DNA from: Babesia bigemina
Lineage: Eukaryota
NCBI RefSeq assembly: GCF_000981445.1
Contig: NC_027218.1
Location: 1,984,001 to 2,048,000 of the forward strand
Reading direction: 5' to 3'
Length of the DNA stretch: 64,000 bases
Part shown: positions 52,517 to 63,648 of the stretch, one piece after another
How positions within the stretch are numbered: the first letter of the stretch is position 1
How the letters are laid out: the number at the start of each line of letters is the position of its first letter
Translations under genes and position numbers: made by a program
Notes under the pieces: generated by a model
Told to the model about the DNA's origin: nothing
Database searches by the model: none
What the model saw: only the letters and a program-made list of their open reading frames with translations

Positions 52517-53950
52517 TCACGTCATGAACCACAGGAACCCCAACAGCAGGTAGACGAACAGCGACAGTCCCCCGCTCTTCTCCAGCGCGGCCTCCTGAAA
52601 GCGCGTGCGGGCGTGATCGTGGGCGATTGAAACTCACCAAGCGGCGCAGCTTGCTCTGCAGAGTCGACTTGTTCCAGCGCATCCATCTCAGGTCGCGCCG
52701 GTCGAAACGGTCGCACAGCCCCCGAATGCGTTCCTGAAACTGTCTTAATGTGCATATACGTGCCAGTTACCCTGTTCTGGAATCCAGTGGCGTACGCCGA
52801 GCACCCAACCGAGTAGTTCCAACGGTTCTCGAAGGCGTTCCCCACGGACGGGGCGCCCCTCCACACGATCTCGCTGTCAACCACGGGTTTGCGCGAAGTC
52901 AGGTAGCGCTGGACAGCCACGATGTACTCGTCTAACAGGTCGACGGTGACCATGTTGTTGCGCACCAGGCATATGCCGGCCTTCCACTTCTTGTCTTCGT
53001 CGTCGTCGCCCATGAGGCTGTGGTAGTACAAGAAGACGAGGCGGAACGACCGCAGGAACTGCACGGTATGCCAGACGGCGCTGCTGCACTTACAGCAATG
53101 ATCTCGAACACCGTGTAGTACTTCAAGATGGGCACTCCGGCCAGGAAGCTGGTGGCGTCGGGGGCGAAGCGCAGGTACACGTCGAGCGCGAAGCAGAAGA
53201 CTTCGTACAACAGTGCAGTGAGATTCACGACGCTCTGGCCGTGCAACAGCACCGTGAAGCACATCCCGAAGAGCATGCTCGCCGTGTTCACCGTCACCAC
53301 GTAGAGCACGTCGAACGGGCTCATGTCAACCACCTGCTCTGTACACGAGTATGGCCTTGAAAAACGCTTTAGACTTACCCTTGCGGCCGCGAAGCATGTC
53401 GCCGTAGCGCACGTACGCTTCACGCTTTTTGTCGTTCACCAGCGTTTTGTACATCTGCGACAGCTCCACGTAGTCGGAGGCGGCGGTGGGCGATGTGTTG
53501 CGATCCTGCAGCTAGTGACGCATCTGGCGGCCGTGACTCACTGGGTGCAGGAGCATGGCCTCAGCCTTGAACGACTTTTTAATCGCGTCCAACGAGCAGT
53601 GCGGCGTGACCTTCAGGTGCTGGAAGTAGTTCTTCTCGGACTTCATGCTGGTGTAGAACACGATCGCGAACATGGTGGCCATCGCGAGCTCACGGCCTGC
53701 ACCACATTGGACGCTACGAAACCCGTGACTTGCCTAGGGTCCTCCGGCGGCTGTTCCATATCCGCTCTGCAGCGTATATGCGCAAGGTGGAGCACCAACT
53801 CACTTGGACTGACCACGAACCGCACAACGGGGCTCACGACGAAGGAAAGAATTAGAAATTTGATCATCGTTACAGCTTGGAGGAGCCGGATGACGACGAA
53901 AATGAGAGTGAGAGAGGCTAAAGGTACAGCGCCCGGGTGGCGCCGCTGCA
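52517..53950 (-). CDS. Multi-exon DnaJ-domain membrane protein (5' end not resolved)
   Basis: NYFQHLKV...IKKSFKAEAMLLHP|DRNTSPTAASDYVELSQMYKTLVNDKKREAYVRYG, with the HPD motif split by an intron, plus several hydrophobic segments. Confidence 0.75.
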
Positions 53951-54498
53951 GGTCAACCGCTCAAAGGCCAGAAACAGCCATGTATCCCAAACGCTACACA
54001 TGCGCTGAGCGTGACAACTAAGTGCCAACACCGATGCCAGATACGCACGAGCGCGGGGAAGGAAGATGGAAAAGGCAAACGTTAGCAGCACACACTCACA
54101 CGACTGCGGTGATACTGTATGCAGTGACGATCGCCACGCTCACATCAAGCAAATTTAGCTCTAACGCGATAACAGTAAAGTGAAACCCGGCAGAACGCGG
54201 GGCCGGCCGCCATGGGCGGAGAGAGGTAGTGGCCCACGGCGGGCAGTATTAGACAAATCGCGCACAGGAGCCGTTATAATCTCACCAGGGCATTGGAATG
54301 CTGCTAGAATCTAACGTGGAACTTGGTTCGCAGGGTGTGTAGGACACCTGCACGTACACATTACGACCTGTGTATGCAACTCCGTGAACGGCACAGACGC
54401 GAACTTCATTCTGCATACCGACTAGACAGGACGTCACTGGCATCTGCGTCACCGAACGGATACCATGAGAGCCTGGGAGATGTGTGCGTAGGGGGAAA

Positions 54499-55014
54499 AT
54501 GGCGACGCCGGGAGAAGAACCAAGCGCTGGGACGGATCAACAAGACAACCACAAGCGCTGTATCCCGTACATCGCAGCAGTGACGACCGGAACGGTCTTC
54601 TGGGGCTACATCATCACCAAACGTGTCAACCGCATGCTCATAGGGCGCTACGACGACGTCGTGTACCAGATCAGGAGGGCGGAGTCGCTGAGCAACAGGT
54701 TCAAGGCGTTCAAGCTGTTCACGATAGGCGGCGCCGTGGTGCCTGCGGTGACGCTGGCGGCAGCGTATGTAGCGGGTAGACGCCAGGATAAAAGCGAGGA
54801 GCAGCTCTCGAAACAACTCAGGGACGAGGCGGTGGCGGCATCGAAGGCAGCGTCGAGTAAACTCGCGGATTGCACGTACAATGCAAGCAAACGGCTGGAA
54901 CGGATAGCCGACGGGGTGAAAGGATTGGGGCTGGAGCAGGCGGGGCAGCGCATGGCAAACGACCTGCGAAACGACATACAGGCAGCGAAGCGCTGGATCA
55001 AGAACCTATTCTGA
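54499..55014 (+). CDS. Hypothetical two-TM protein with a helical C-terminus
   Basis: ATG at 54499, two hydrophobic segments, coding-like codon bias. Confidence 0.65.
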   Translation: MATPGEEPSAGTDQQDNHKRCIPYIAAVTTGTVFWGYIITKRVNRMLIGRYDDVVYQIRRAESLSNRFKAFKLFTIGGAVVPAVTLAAAYVAGRRQDKSEEQLSKQLRDEAVAASKAASSKLADCTYNASKRLERIADGVKGLGLEQAGQRMANDLRNDIQAAKRWIKNLF

Positions 55015-55018
55015 CCTC

Positions 55019-58000
55019 ATGCGGGGCCGGGACGAGCGGCGCTTCATCGCGGCAAGCGAGTACTTGCGGGCGCAGCACGATGACACCGATGGACCCGGGC
55101 CGACACACACAGACGGTTACGAGCGCGAGGCCCTGCTGGACCACTCCGACACCAAGGGGCTCAGCTTCATCTCGACGAGATGGAGGAACGACCCCGCCCC
55201 GGACCCCGTCTTCAGGGACGGGCTGCAGATCCTCAGGATATTCAAGGAGCACGGGATCGTCAAGCACGATGACGCGCGGATATTGCGCTCCGAGGACGTG
55301 CGCAACTTCTTCATCCACATGGACAAGTGCTACAAAACGCAGAAAATATCCATGTCGGAGCTGTTTGCGCGCACGCTGCAGAGTCTACGGGCGTTGCCGG
55401 GCATAATAAAGCAGGCGAAGCTGCACAACAAAGCCGGCAACCCCAATGGGGGGGCGCCTATGGATGACCCGAGTGACTACCGCCACAACGACGACATGCC
55501 CAGTCCGCGGGTCGAGGTGGTCGTCGAGTGGGAGAAGATCAAAATGCAGCGTATCATCGGCGGGCTCAAGGTGCTGTTCCCGTTCCCAACCATGGCCAAG
55601 GCGCAGATACAGATTCTGGCCAAGTTGATCAACGCCCTCAAAAACGCGGAGCACGTCATCCTCGAATCGCCCACCGGCACCGGTAAGACCGCGGCCATAC
55701 TGTCGGGGGTACTGTCGTGGATGTACCAGGGGCACGTGCAGAACACCGTCGCCTACGACAACCCCAGCGACGAGTCGCAGGCGTCCACGTCCAGCAGCAG
55801 CTCGTCGCAGGCGGAGGTCAGCACCAAGGTCAAGGCGCGCGTTGTGTACCTGACCAGGACCCACGCGCAGATCAAGCAGGTCATGGCCGCAATCAAGAAG
55901 AGCGGGTTCAGGCCCAAGAGCTGCTGCATAGCGTCGCGGCTGCAGCTTTGCATCTACAAACCGAAGAAGCATAACGAAGATGAAGAAAACGAAGGCAGCG
56001 ATAACGACGCTGACGATCCGAAAAACCGGGTGAACTCGCAGTGCAGACAGTTCATAGCCAATGTCGACAAGGCGCGAGCGTCCGCAAAGCAAAGCGTGTA
56101 CACGTGCTCCGGAAGGCTCATCACGCCCAAGCCGACACTAAGCGAACAGATGTGCCCGTATTACCTCAACCTCGGGTGCAAGAACTACGCCATCAGCACG
56201 GCGCTGCGGCTGATGGGCAGCGACAACGCGACGTGGGACATCGAGGACCTCATATCGTACGGGATGGAGCCGAGCCATCCCGACGCGTCCGTCGGCTGCC
56301 GGTGCAACGAGCAGGCGGATGCCAGGCCGACGAAGAAGCGAGAGGGGGACATCACGAACTACTTCACGCGAAAGTCGCATTATGAGCCGCCGCCGTCGCA
56401 GGATGGAGTGTGCCCGTACTACACCGCGAAGGCCGTGGCGCAGGTGGCCGACTTTGTCGTTTGCCCGTACCCGTACATCATCGACCCGCACACCGTGGTC
56501 AGGGGCAACGCCATACCGAACAAGGTCGCCACCATACTGACGACCGACACCAAGTACCAGAGCGTTAAAAGCGAGATCATCGAGATCATCAGCGAGAAGA
56601 CTAACATCAGCGGCTCGGCCGGCAATGGCATCTTCTCGAACCTGAACAACACGGTGCTCATTTTCGACGAGGGGCACAACCTCGAAAACTCGTGCATCGA
56701 GGAGGCGTCGTGGGACGTCGGGCTGGACTACCTCAAGGCGGTGCTCAAGTGGCTGTTCTTCGTGCGGGCGAAGATCAAGGCGATGGACGACATCGACCTG
56801 AGTGATAACGCCGACAAGTCGTCGCTGAAGGCCGGTGGCCAGCTGGGCAAGGCGCTCGTGCGGGTCATCACCTTCTTGCAGGAGCTGATCGAGGGGCTGG
56901 AAAAGTTTTTGCACTCGACGTCCGACGACAGCTCGGGCCGCAGGAAGGGCAACTCCTATGAAAGGGTGGTCCACAGCTGGGATAGGTACGACCAACTCCA
57001 GAACCCCTTGGGCGGATCGGCGGAGTTTATAGAGGCGTTCAACCTCGACATCACCAAGGTCTATATCGTCTACTGCAGCATGATGCAGATCAAGTCGCAG
57101 GCCAGGACGCTGAGCCTCAGCGGGGTCAGGTTGATGGAGGACTACATTTTCCAGCTGGAGTACATGCTCGCCATCATGGTGATGCTCTGCCACATGCCCG
57201 AGTGCTACAACGTCCAGATTGTTGCCAACGGTGACAACGCGTACAGCCTGGGGATTTGGCTGATGAACCCCGCCGTCATGTTCAACGAGCTGGCGCTCAA
57301 CGCGCGGAGCATCGTCATCGCGTCAGGGACACTCGCGCCCATTCCCCCCATGGTCGCCAGCCTGGGCGCGGAATTCGAGAAGAGGCTCAAGAACAACGTC
57401 ATATCGGCCTCGCAGACGCTCACCAAGAACCAGCTGGCGCTCTACACGGTCACCCACGTGTCCAACTGCAGGTACAACAACGACGTCATAGAGTGCAACT
57501 TCAAAAACCTCAAGGACAACGCATTCCTGCTCCAGCTCGGCAATTCCATCGCCAAGCTGCTCGAGGTGCTGCCTGGAGGCACGCTCATTTTCTTCCCCAA
57601 CCGGTCGGCGGTCTCCGCGTGCGTCCAACTCTGGGGAGAGACCTTCTACGACGCGGGTCCCAGGCGGACCAAGATCACGATCCTTGAACGCATCATGCAG
57701 TGCAAGGACATGAACTTCTACCAAGAGCCCACTTTAGCAGCCGATTTCGCCGTTATGTTGAAGGAACTTCACGAGCAGCGGGAATTCGTGCTCTTCGCCG
57801 TGTATCGAAGCCACTCGTCGGAGGGGCTCAACCTCAAACTGTCCTCCCTTATACTTGTCGGGCTACCGTTCCCATCCATTGTCGCGCCCAAGGTCGGAAT
57901 GACCCGGAGGTACCACAAATCGCAATCGGAACCCTACAACTGGTACCTCAGGGAAACCTACCGCGCAGTTAATCAATCCATCGGGAGATGTATACGCACG

Positions 58001-58147
58001 AAAGACGACAGAGGTGTCGTGATCCTGCTGGACCGGCGCTATACGGCAGCCAAGGAGTACCTTCCGTACTGGATACACCCCTACAGCAGGGCACCGTATA
58101 CTGTCGAGGGCGTAAGAGATGACATTGAAGCTAATTTTAAGTTCTAG
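55019..58147 (+). CDS. Fe-S DNA helicase, Rad3/XPD superfamily (FANCJ/RTEL1-like)
   Basis: ESPTGTGKT, TRTHAQI, SRLQLC, CPYY, IFDEGHN, SGTLAP, SEGLN, GLPFP, NQSIGRCIR, LLDRRY. Confidence 0.92.
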   Translation: MRGRDERRFIAASEYLRAQHDDTDGPGPTHTDGYEREALLDHSDTKGLSFISTRWRNDPAPDPVFRDGLQILRIFKEHGIVKHDDARILRSEDVRNFFIHMDKCYKTQKISMSELFARTLQSLRALPGIIKQAKLHNKAGNPNGGAPMDDPSDYRHNDDMPSPRVEVVVEWEKIKMQRIIGGLKVLFPFPTMAKAQIQILAKLINALKNAEHVILESPTGTGKTAAILSGVLSWMYQGHVQNTVAYDNPSDESQASTSSSSSSQAEVSTKVKARVVYLTRTHAQIKQVMAAIKKSGFRPKSCCIASRLQLCIYKPKKHNEDEENEGSDNDADDPKNRVNSQCRQFIANVDKARASAKQSVYTCSGRLITPKPTLSEQMCPYYLNLGCKNYAISTALRLMGSDNATWDIEDLISYGMEPSHPDASVGCRCNEQADARPTKKREGDITNYFTRKSHYEPPPSQDGVCPYYTAKAVAQVADFVVCPYPYIIDPHTVVRGNAIPNKVATILTTDTKYQSVKSEIIEIISEKTNISGSAGNGIFSNLNNTVLIFDEGHNLENSCIEEASWDVGLDYLKAVLKWLFFVRAKIKAMDDIDLSDNADKSSLKAGGQLGKALVRVITFLQELIEGLEKFLHSTSDDSSGRRKGNSYERVVHSWDRYDQLQNPLGGSAEFIEAFNLDITKVYIVYCSMMQIKSQARTLSLSGVRLMEDYIFQLEYMLAIMVMLCHMPECYNVQIVANGDNAYSLGIWLMNPAVMFNELALNARSIVIASGTLAPIPPMVASLGAEFEKRLKNNVISASQTLTKNQLALYTVTHVSNCRYNNDVIECNFKNLKDNAFLLQLGNSIAKLLEVLPGGTLIFFPNRSAVSACVQLWGETFYDAGPRRTKITILERIMQCKDMNFYQEPTLAADFAVMLKELHEQREFVLFAVYRSHSSEGLNLKLSSLILVGLPFPSIVAPKVGMTRRYHKSQSEPYNWYLRETYRAVNQSIGRCIRTKDDRGVVILLDRRYTAAKEYLPYWIHPYSRAPYTVEGVRDDIEANFKF

Positions 58148-58692
58148 TGTTGCGGGCATATAAGGCGTTATACTGTTGCGAAATTGAATGTATCTGCGCC
58201 GCACTATAAGAGCGTCTGCGTGAAGTGGCATTTTAGGTATATGGCGTGTAATAGACGCCCCGGCGCAGCGGCCGGGCGTCGCGAACCGAGCAGTTGCGAT
58301 GGATAGTGGCGCGGCAGCATGTCTAGACGGTACACAATGATTGTTGTGTGCTAAATACGGCTGCCGGAGAATTTAGTGCCGGCACGTAGATCGGCAAGGT
58401 GAACGGCTCCAGCGCCGATCGGCCGTAATACGCAACGCGCCCCTCAGACACAGGATCCATCGGTACAAATAGCATATAACACGCCACTGGATGTTATATA
58501 TAAGTTCTGAGTTGACTCCCCTCACAATATTGCCGGGGAATCCACACAGTGGGCAGTGCAGGATTCCTGAGAGCGGGGCTGCCTCAGCTCTTTTAGCCGA
58601 GAGCCGGATGTAAATATCGCAAAAAACGCACATATATTCTGCGAACCCGTCGGCTCAGTTCTGTGGCGCGGCTACAGCTCGGCGCGATCACA

Positions 58693-59601
58693 ATGGGAAC
58701 ACGCGCAGTAGACCTGCTTTCAGCGTACGATCGCAACCAGGAAGCGACGCTATACGTCGGTAATGTGGACACCCAGGTCGACGAGGAGCTGCTGTGGGAG
58801 TTTTTCGTCCAGGTGGGACCCGTGAAGCACGTGCACATCCCGCGGGACAAGGTCACCGGGCATCACCAGGGGTACGCGTTCGTGGAGTTCGAAAGCGAAG
58901 ACGATGCGGACTACGCCATACGCATCCTCAACTTCGTCAAGCTGTACAACAAGCCGCTCAGGTGCAACAAGGCGTCGCGAGACAAGCAGAACTACGAGAT
59001 CGGAGCCAACCTGTTCATCGGCAACCTCGACGCGGACGTTGACGACAAGCTGCTCCACGACACATTCGCGTCGTTCGGGAACATCGTATCGGCGAATGTG
59101 GTGCGAGATGCGGATGGCGCCGAGGGGAAGACATACGCGTTCGTCTCGTACGACAGCTTCGAGGCCAGCGACGCTGCCCTGGCGGCCATGAACGGACAGT
59201 TCATCTGCAACAAACCGATCCACGTGTCATACGCGTACAAGAAGGACACGAAGGGAGAGCGGCACGGCAGCGCCGCGGAACGCCTCATCGCAGCCAACCG
59301 GCCTCAGGAGTTCCTCAGCCAGATGGGCGTGGCGCCTTACGGCGGAGCCACTGCGCAGGCACCGCAGCAGGCGGTGCCGATGTACCCGCCTCTGATGACA
59401 ACGCCGCCGATTGGAATGCCCCCGATAATGCCGCCAGCGCAGGTGCCGATGCCGAGCGTGAACGCGTACCCTATGCCGGCGGGGGTGCCGCCAGTGACGG
59501 TGCCGGTCCCGGGCATGCCGCCGGTTCCGACCATACCACCCGCGCCACCCATGATGGCGATGCCGCCGAACATGCCGCCTCCACCGCCGATGTACAAGTG
59601 A
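58693..59601 (+). CDS. SF3B4: Splicing factor 3B subunit 4
   Basis: [11 protein letters not shown], two RRMs, [15 protein letters not shown], Pro-rich tail. Confidence 0.97.
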   Translation: MGTRAVDLLSAYDRNQEATLYVGNVDTQVDEELLWEFFVQVGPVKHVHIPRDKVTGHHQGYAFVEFESEDDADYAIRILNFVKLYNKPLRCNKASRDKQNYEIGANLFIGNLDADVDDKLLHDTFASFGNIVSANVVRDADGAEGKTYAFVSYDSFEASDAALAAMNGQFICNKPIHVSYAYKKDTKGERHGSAAERLIAANRPQEFLSQMGVAPYGGATAQAPQQAVPMYPPLMTTPPIGMPPIMPPAQVPMPSVNAYPMPAGVPPVTVPVPGMPPVPTIPPAPPMMAMPPNMPPPPPMYK

Positions 59602-59796
59602 CAGCGCCACAATGTGCAACTCAGGCTACTGTGACGACACAGCAGTTTAATACACCAGGGTTCGTATCGGCCCGCTACTGATACACGCGCGAAGCGAAAT
59701 CGCAATTTTAGTAACTAAAAACAAACGAACTGTGAATTTCTAGTAACATAACGGGTGGACCACGTATAGGTGTTGAGGCACGTAGCTACAGGGCCA

Positions 59797-60816
59797 TCAC
59801 GGGGGCAGCTTCCAGTCGATGGGAGACTGCTCCGTTTTGGTCAGGTAGGCATTGCACTTGTTGAAGTGGTCGCAGCCGAGGAAAAACTTCTGCGACAGCG
59901 GCGACGGGTGGCCGCACTTCAGAACGCAGTGGCGGGTGTTCGATATGCTGTCGCACTTCTTCTGCGCGGACTTGCCCCAAAGCAAAAACACCACCTTCTC
60001 CCGATGCTTGTTTATAACGTCGATGACGCGGTCCGTGAACGCGTCCCAGCCGTAGTTGCTGTGCGACAGCGGCTCGCTGTCGACGACCGTCAACACCGTG
60101 TTCAGCATGAACACGCCCTGCCTGGCCCAGTAGGTGAGGTCCCCGTGGGTGGAGGGCGAGCCTATCTCCTTGAAGATGTTGCGCAAACTTGGGGGCGGAG
60201 CGACTCCTCGCGGCACGGAAAATGCGAGTCCCATGGCCTGGCGCGGCTGGTGATAGGGGTCTTGGCCAACGATGACCACTTTCACTTTAGACAGCGGGAC
60301 GAGCTTGAAGGCATTGAAAACCAGGTTCTCAGGAGGATATACCTTCTTGGTCTTACGTTCGTTTGCCACCTTTGTCCACAGCTTCTCGAAATACGGCTTG
60401 CTGAGCTCATCGGACAGCTTTGAACCCCACTCATCGCCGAGCATTGCCTGCACGGTGGCAACGACACCGCGGTTGGCATCCGAGTCTTCAACTGCAGGTG
60501 CCGAGGTGGCGATAGGCGCAGGATCCTTCGCCGTTGCCGTAGTTGTTTCCACTGGGTCCGGCTTGGGTGGCGCCTCCGGAGTAGCTGCAGTTTCGGGGGT
60601 CAGTGTGTCCGCTACTGCGTCGAGAGAGCTACGCGAACGTTTAGCGCATCCCTTCAAGGGAGAGAAGAAATCGGTTAAAAGGCGCTTCGCCATCCCAATA
60701 TAGCATAAATGGTGGACACGGCAGCGTGTATACGAAACGCCAGAGCTCCCTAGGGTGGAGAGGCAAACGAAGAACAAGAAAGTAGACAGGGTGATGTGCA
60801 GCTGCCTTCCTAGCAT
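59797..60816 (-). CDS. UNG: Uracil-DNA glycosylase (family 1); candidate starts at 60816 and 60693
   Basis: GQDPYH, GLAFSV, PPSLRNI, HPSPLS. Confidence 0.96.
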   Translation of the reverse strand: MLGRQLHITLSTFLFFVCLSTLGSSGVSYTRCRVHHLCYIGMAKRLLTDFFSPLKGCAKRSRSSLDAVADTLTPETAATPEAPPKPDPVETTTATAKDPAPIATSAPAVEDSDANRGVVATVQAMLGDEWGSKLSDELSKPYFEKLWTKVANERKTKKVYPPENLVFNAFKLVPLSKVKVVIVGQDPYHQPRQAMGLAFSVPRGVAPPPSLRNIFKEIGSPSTHGDLTYWARQGVFMLNTVLTVVDSEPLSHSNYGWDAFTDRVIDVINKHREKVVFLLWGKSAQKKCDSISNTRHCVLKCGHPSPLSQKFFLGCDHFNKCNAYLTKTEQSPIDWKLPP

Positions 60817-61143
60817 TCCCTGCACATGGATACGCCTATGAGGGCTGAAATATATAAAAATTGGCCTTTAGCCATCGCGTAAGGATGTGGATTCGCAAGT
60901 GTGCGATTTATAGCTTGTAGCGGTGGCTGTGTACGCAGCCGACAGCGGGTGGAAGGCGGTGGAGCGATCCGCATTAAGAATGCCAACGAAATGTGATGTG
61001 CACAATTGCTACAAAAATGGTTTGCAATAAGCTAATGGCTTATCACGAAATACACGGCCAGTGAAGCACGGCCGGGTACTGAATCCGACTGCCTCGAAGA
61101 GAGAGCCAGAAAACGGCACGGCGGCTGCACAGAGGTTCTGGAA

Positions 61144-62491
61144 ATGGATTTGTACACGACGTTAATAGAACAATCGACGGGCAGAGCCCGTCGAGAAGAC
61201 GACTATGACGCCGAGCCGCCGAAAGAGCACAAGTGCAATGTCCTCATGAGCCTAGCCCTCAGCGTGGTCAAACGCGAAAGTGAGAAAGCGGCGTTGCTCA
61301 AGCTTAAGGGTTACGAACGCGCGGATATAGAGAGGACGCGCGGAAAGCATTCAGTGGTCTGTCGCCACTGGCTCAAGGGGATGTGCATGAAGGGAGAGTT
61401 CTGCGATTTCCTTCACCAGCTCGTATATTCCAGGATGCCGCCGTGCAGACTGTTCGAGAAGAACGGGTTCTGCATTGACAACCAAAGGGGCAACTGCATC
61501 TTCCAGCACGTAGTGGAGCAGCCAGACTCCGGACCCTCGCAAGATCCGCGGATCAAGGAGGCCATCGCAAACGGCATCAACTTCGCAGAAATATCGCATG
61601 AAACAGACCCGGACGGATTTGCAACTGCTTTTGTGCTTGCTATCAGCACAGTGTTCCCAAAAATATCCGACCTGGCCATCATGGAGGAGGCTATGCCCCC
61701 CTCGCCACAGCCGCAGGACCTTGCGGAGCCTGTGAACGAAAATGATGACGGGGATGCGGCATTAGCGAACGCTTCTGATGTAGATGTTAACGAGAATAGG
61801 CCACTCATTAGCGCGTCTATCCCGGGGCTGGTGAAATTCGACGCAACCGCGATACTAGATGGCGAACGACGGTCGCGTGCATCGTTCGACGTCAACAGTA
61901 ACAACACCAAGTGCTTCATGATTAAGAGCAACAACATGATGAACATATACTTCTCCATCTGCTACGGCATATGGGCGACGGGCATAAACAACACTATGAA
62001 GCTCGTCAACGCGTTCCAAAAGTGCGAGCACGTCATTCTGATTTTTTCGGGAAACGAAAGCGGAGGGTTCCAGGGGTACGCAAAGATGATGACTCTGCCT
62101 ATACCTGGGCTTTACCAGGGCATTTGGGGGAGTTTTCACTCCAGACTAGGTGACAACTTCCGGGTGAAGTGGATCAAGCAGTGCTCAGTGGAGTTCGAGG
62201 TGCTCAGGCACGTCACCAACCAGTACAACCAAAATCTGCCTCTCAAGAAGTCTAGAGACGGGACGGAGCTTCCACTGGATGTGGCCGAAACAATATGCAA
62301 TACACTATACAACGCACCGGAGGACGATTTGCTGAAAGGTAGTTTCAAACGAACAGTTTTTTCAACTTGTTGCAGGCACGCCGATGGCCACGTGGGAACG
62401 CATCGATCACGAGACATACTTCGATGAGCTCAACAACAAGAATTTACTCTATACAACATTTGGCCTGCCATTTACTCCAATCAACAAGTAA
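61144..62491 (+). CDS. CPSF4: CPSF4/CPSF30 with YTH domain; one intron beginning at 62339
   Basis: CCCH fingers VCRHWLKGMCMKGEFCDFLH; YTH motifs GIWAT, SGNESGGFQGYA, SRDGTEL. Last exon GTPMATWERIDHE...PINK*. Confidence 0.93.
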
Positions 62492-63285
62492 TGGGGCGAA
62501 AACAGGCGCCATTGCTGGAGATGCCTGTTTGGGATATCGGTTCTCAGAGAGCTCATTTATGTTCTTTCGCTACTACTGTTTTTCTTCTGGAATATATGCA
62601 GTAATACAGATTACACGATTCTTAATGTCAGTAAAACAAAAAAATGCGTAGAGTGAAATACGTACCGTGGAGAGACTATTGCAATGTGCCTAGTGTATGC
62701 TAGTTGTCTACGTTTTACAACACTATTTGAGGAGGCCCATGAAGCTAACAGCCATTATTGGAAGTTATACGTCTGCATAACGGTGTAGGTTACGTTTGTG
62801 AGGTGCTTCTGTGGGTGCGCCAGTTGCATGAGTGTACGGGGCACTATGGCAGTGCATACGCTACCCTAATATAACTCATCAATCCTGCATCACAACCCAT
62901 CAAAAGTTAAAATGTACGACCCAAATTCGAATATTAATGTTGAATACCAAGTTATCCCACAGGGTCGTCGCCTTATAGTAATGGCATTTTCTGCCGGTTG
63001 AGTAGCGCTTGGAAAGTGACTATGTTGGAAGCTGATAGCATCAAGTGCAACAGGATGTGGAGTAAGTCAAGGCATCGGGAGAAGGCGTACAACAGGGCAC
63101 ATTGGTTAATCCCTTTAGATTTGCTAATACGTATCTGATGATATGTTCCGGCATGATACATGAACTTTTTTTCTGTATAGCCGCCGATACACTACTCGGA
63201 AACATTGAATAATACGATATTATTCGAGCAGTGTGGCTTCATTTTATAATATCGTGCGATATTGCGATAATACGAAGTGTCGGAC

Positions 63286-63648
63286 TTAGTTATAAAATGC
63301 GATGCAAAACGGCAATTTGCGGACGATATATGCGCGGACTTGGGCAAAAGGCAAAATGGAAAATATGCATAAATGGAATAGGATGATAAGAGCGATGATG
63401 GAAAGGATGACGCCACTGGAAACGGCGATAACGGTTGCACGGCGTGCACGTTTAATTTGGCAACATGGTCCATCACAATCTTCGTTACATACGATATTAC
63501 AGTCCGCATGGTCACAGGTATAGGTGGTGCTTCTCTGGATACATGTTGCGCAGTAACTGGTACCAGTACATCCTTCACAACAGAAGTTACAGCATTTGCA
63601 ACTTCCATCACACACCGGCTCACATTTACACCTCCCTGCCATCATCAT
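63286..63648 (-). CDS. Cys-rich mini membrane protein, copy C (120 aa)
   Basis: CKCCNFCCEGC..., TM VILSIIALIILFHLCIF, tail VRAYIVRKLPFCIAFYN. Confidence 0.75.
   Translation of the reverse strand: MMMAGRCKCEPVCDGSCKCCNFCCEGCTGTSYCATCIQRSTTYTCDHADCNIVCNEDCDGPCCQIKRARRATVIAVSSGVILSIIALIILFHLCIFSILPFAQVRAYIVRKLPFCIAFYN

Noticed and set aside
52517..53950. Initially considered a DHHC palmitoyltransferase
   Set aside because: No DHHC motif; spliced translation shows a J-domain instead.
58254..58280. GC-rich hairpin downstream of the helicase
   Set aside because: Short imperfect stem expected by chance in GC-rich DNA; intrinsic terminators are not relevant for Pol II genes.
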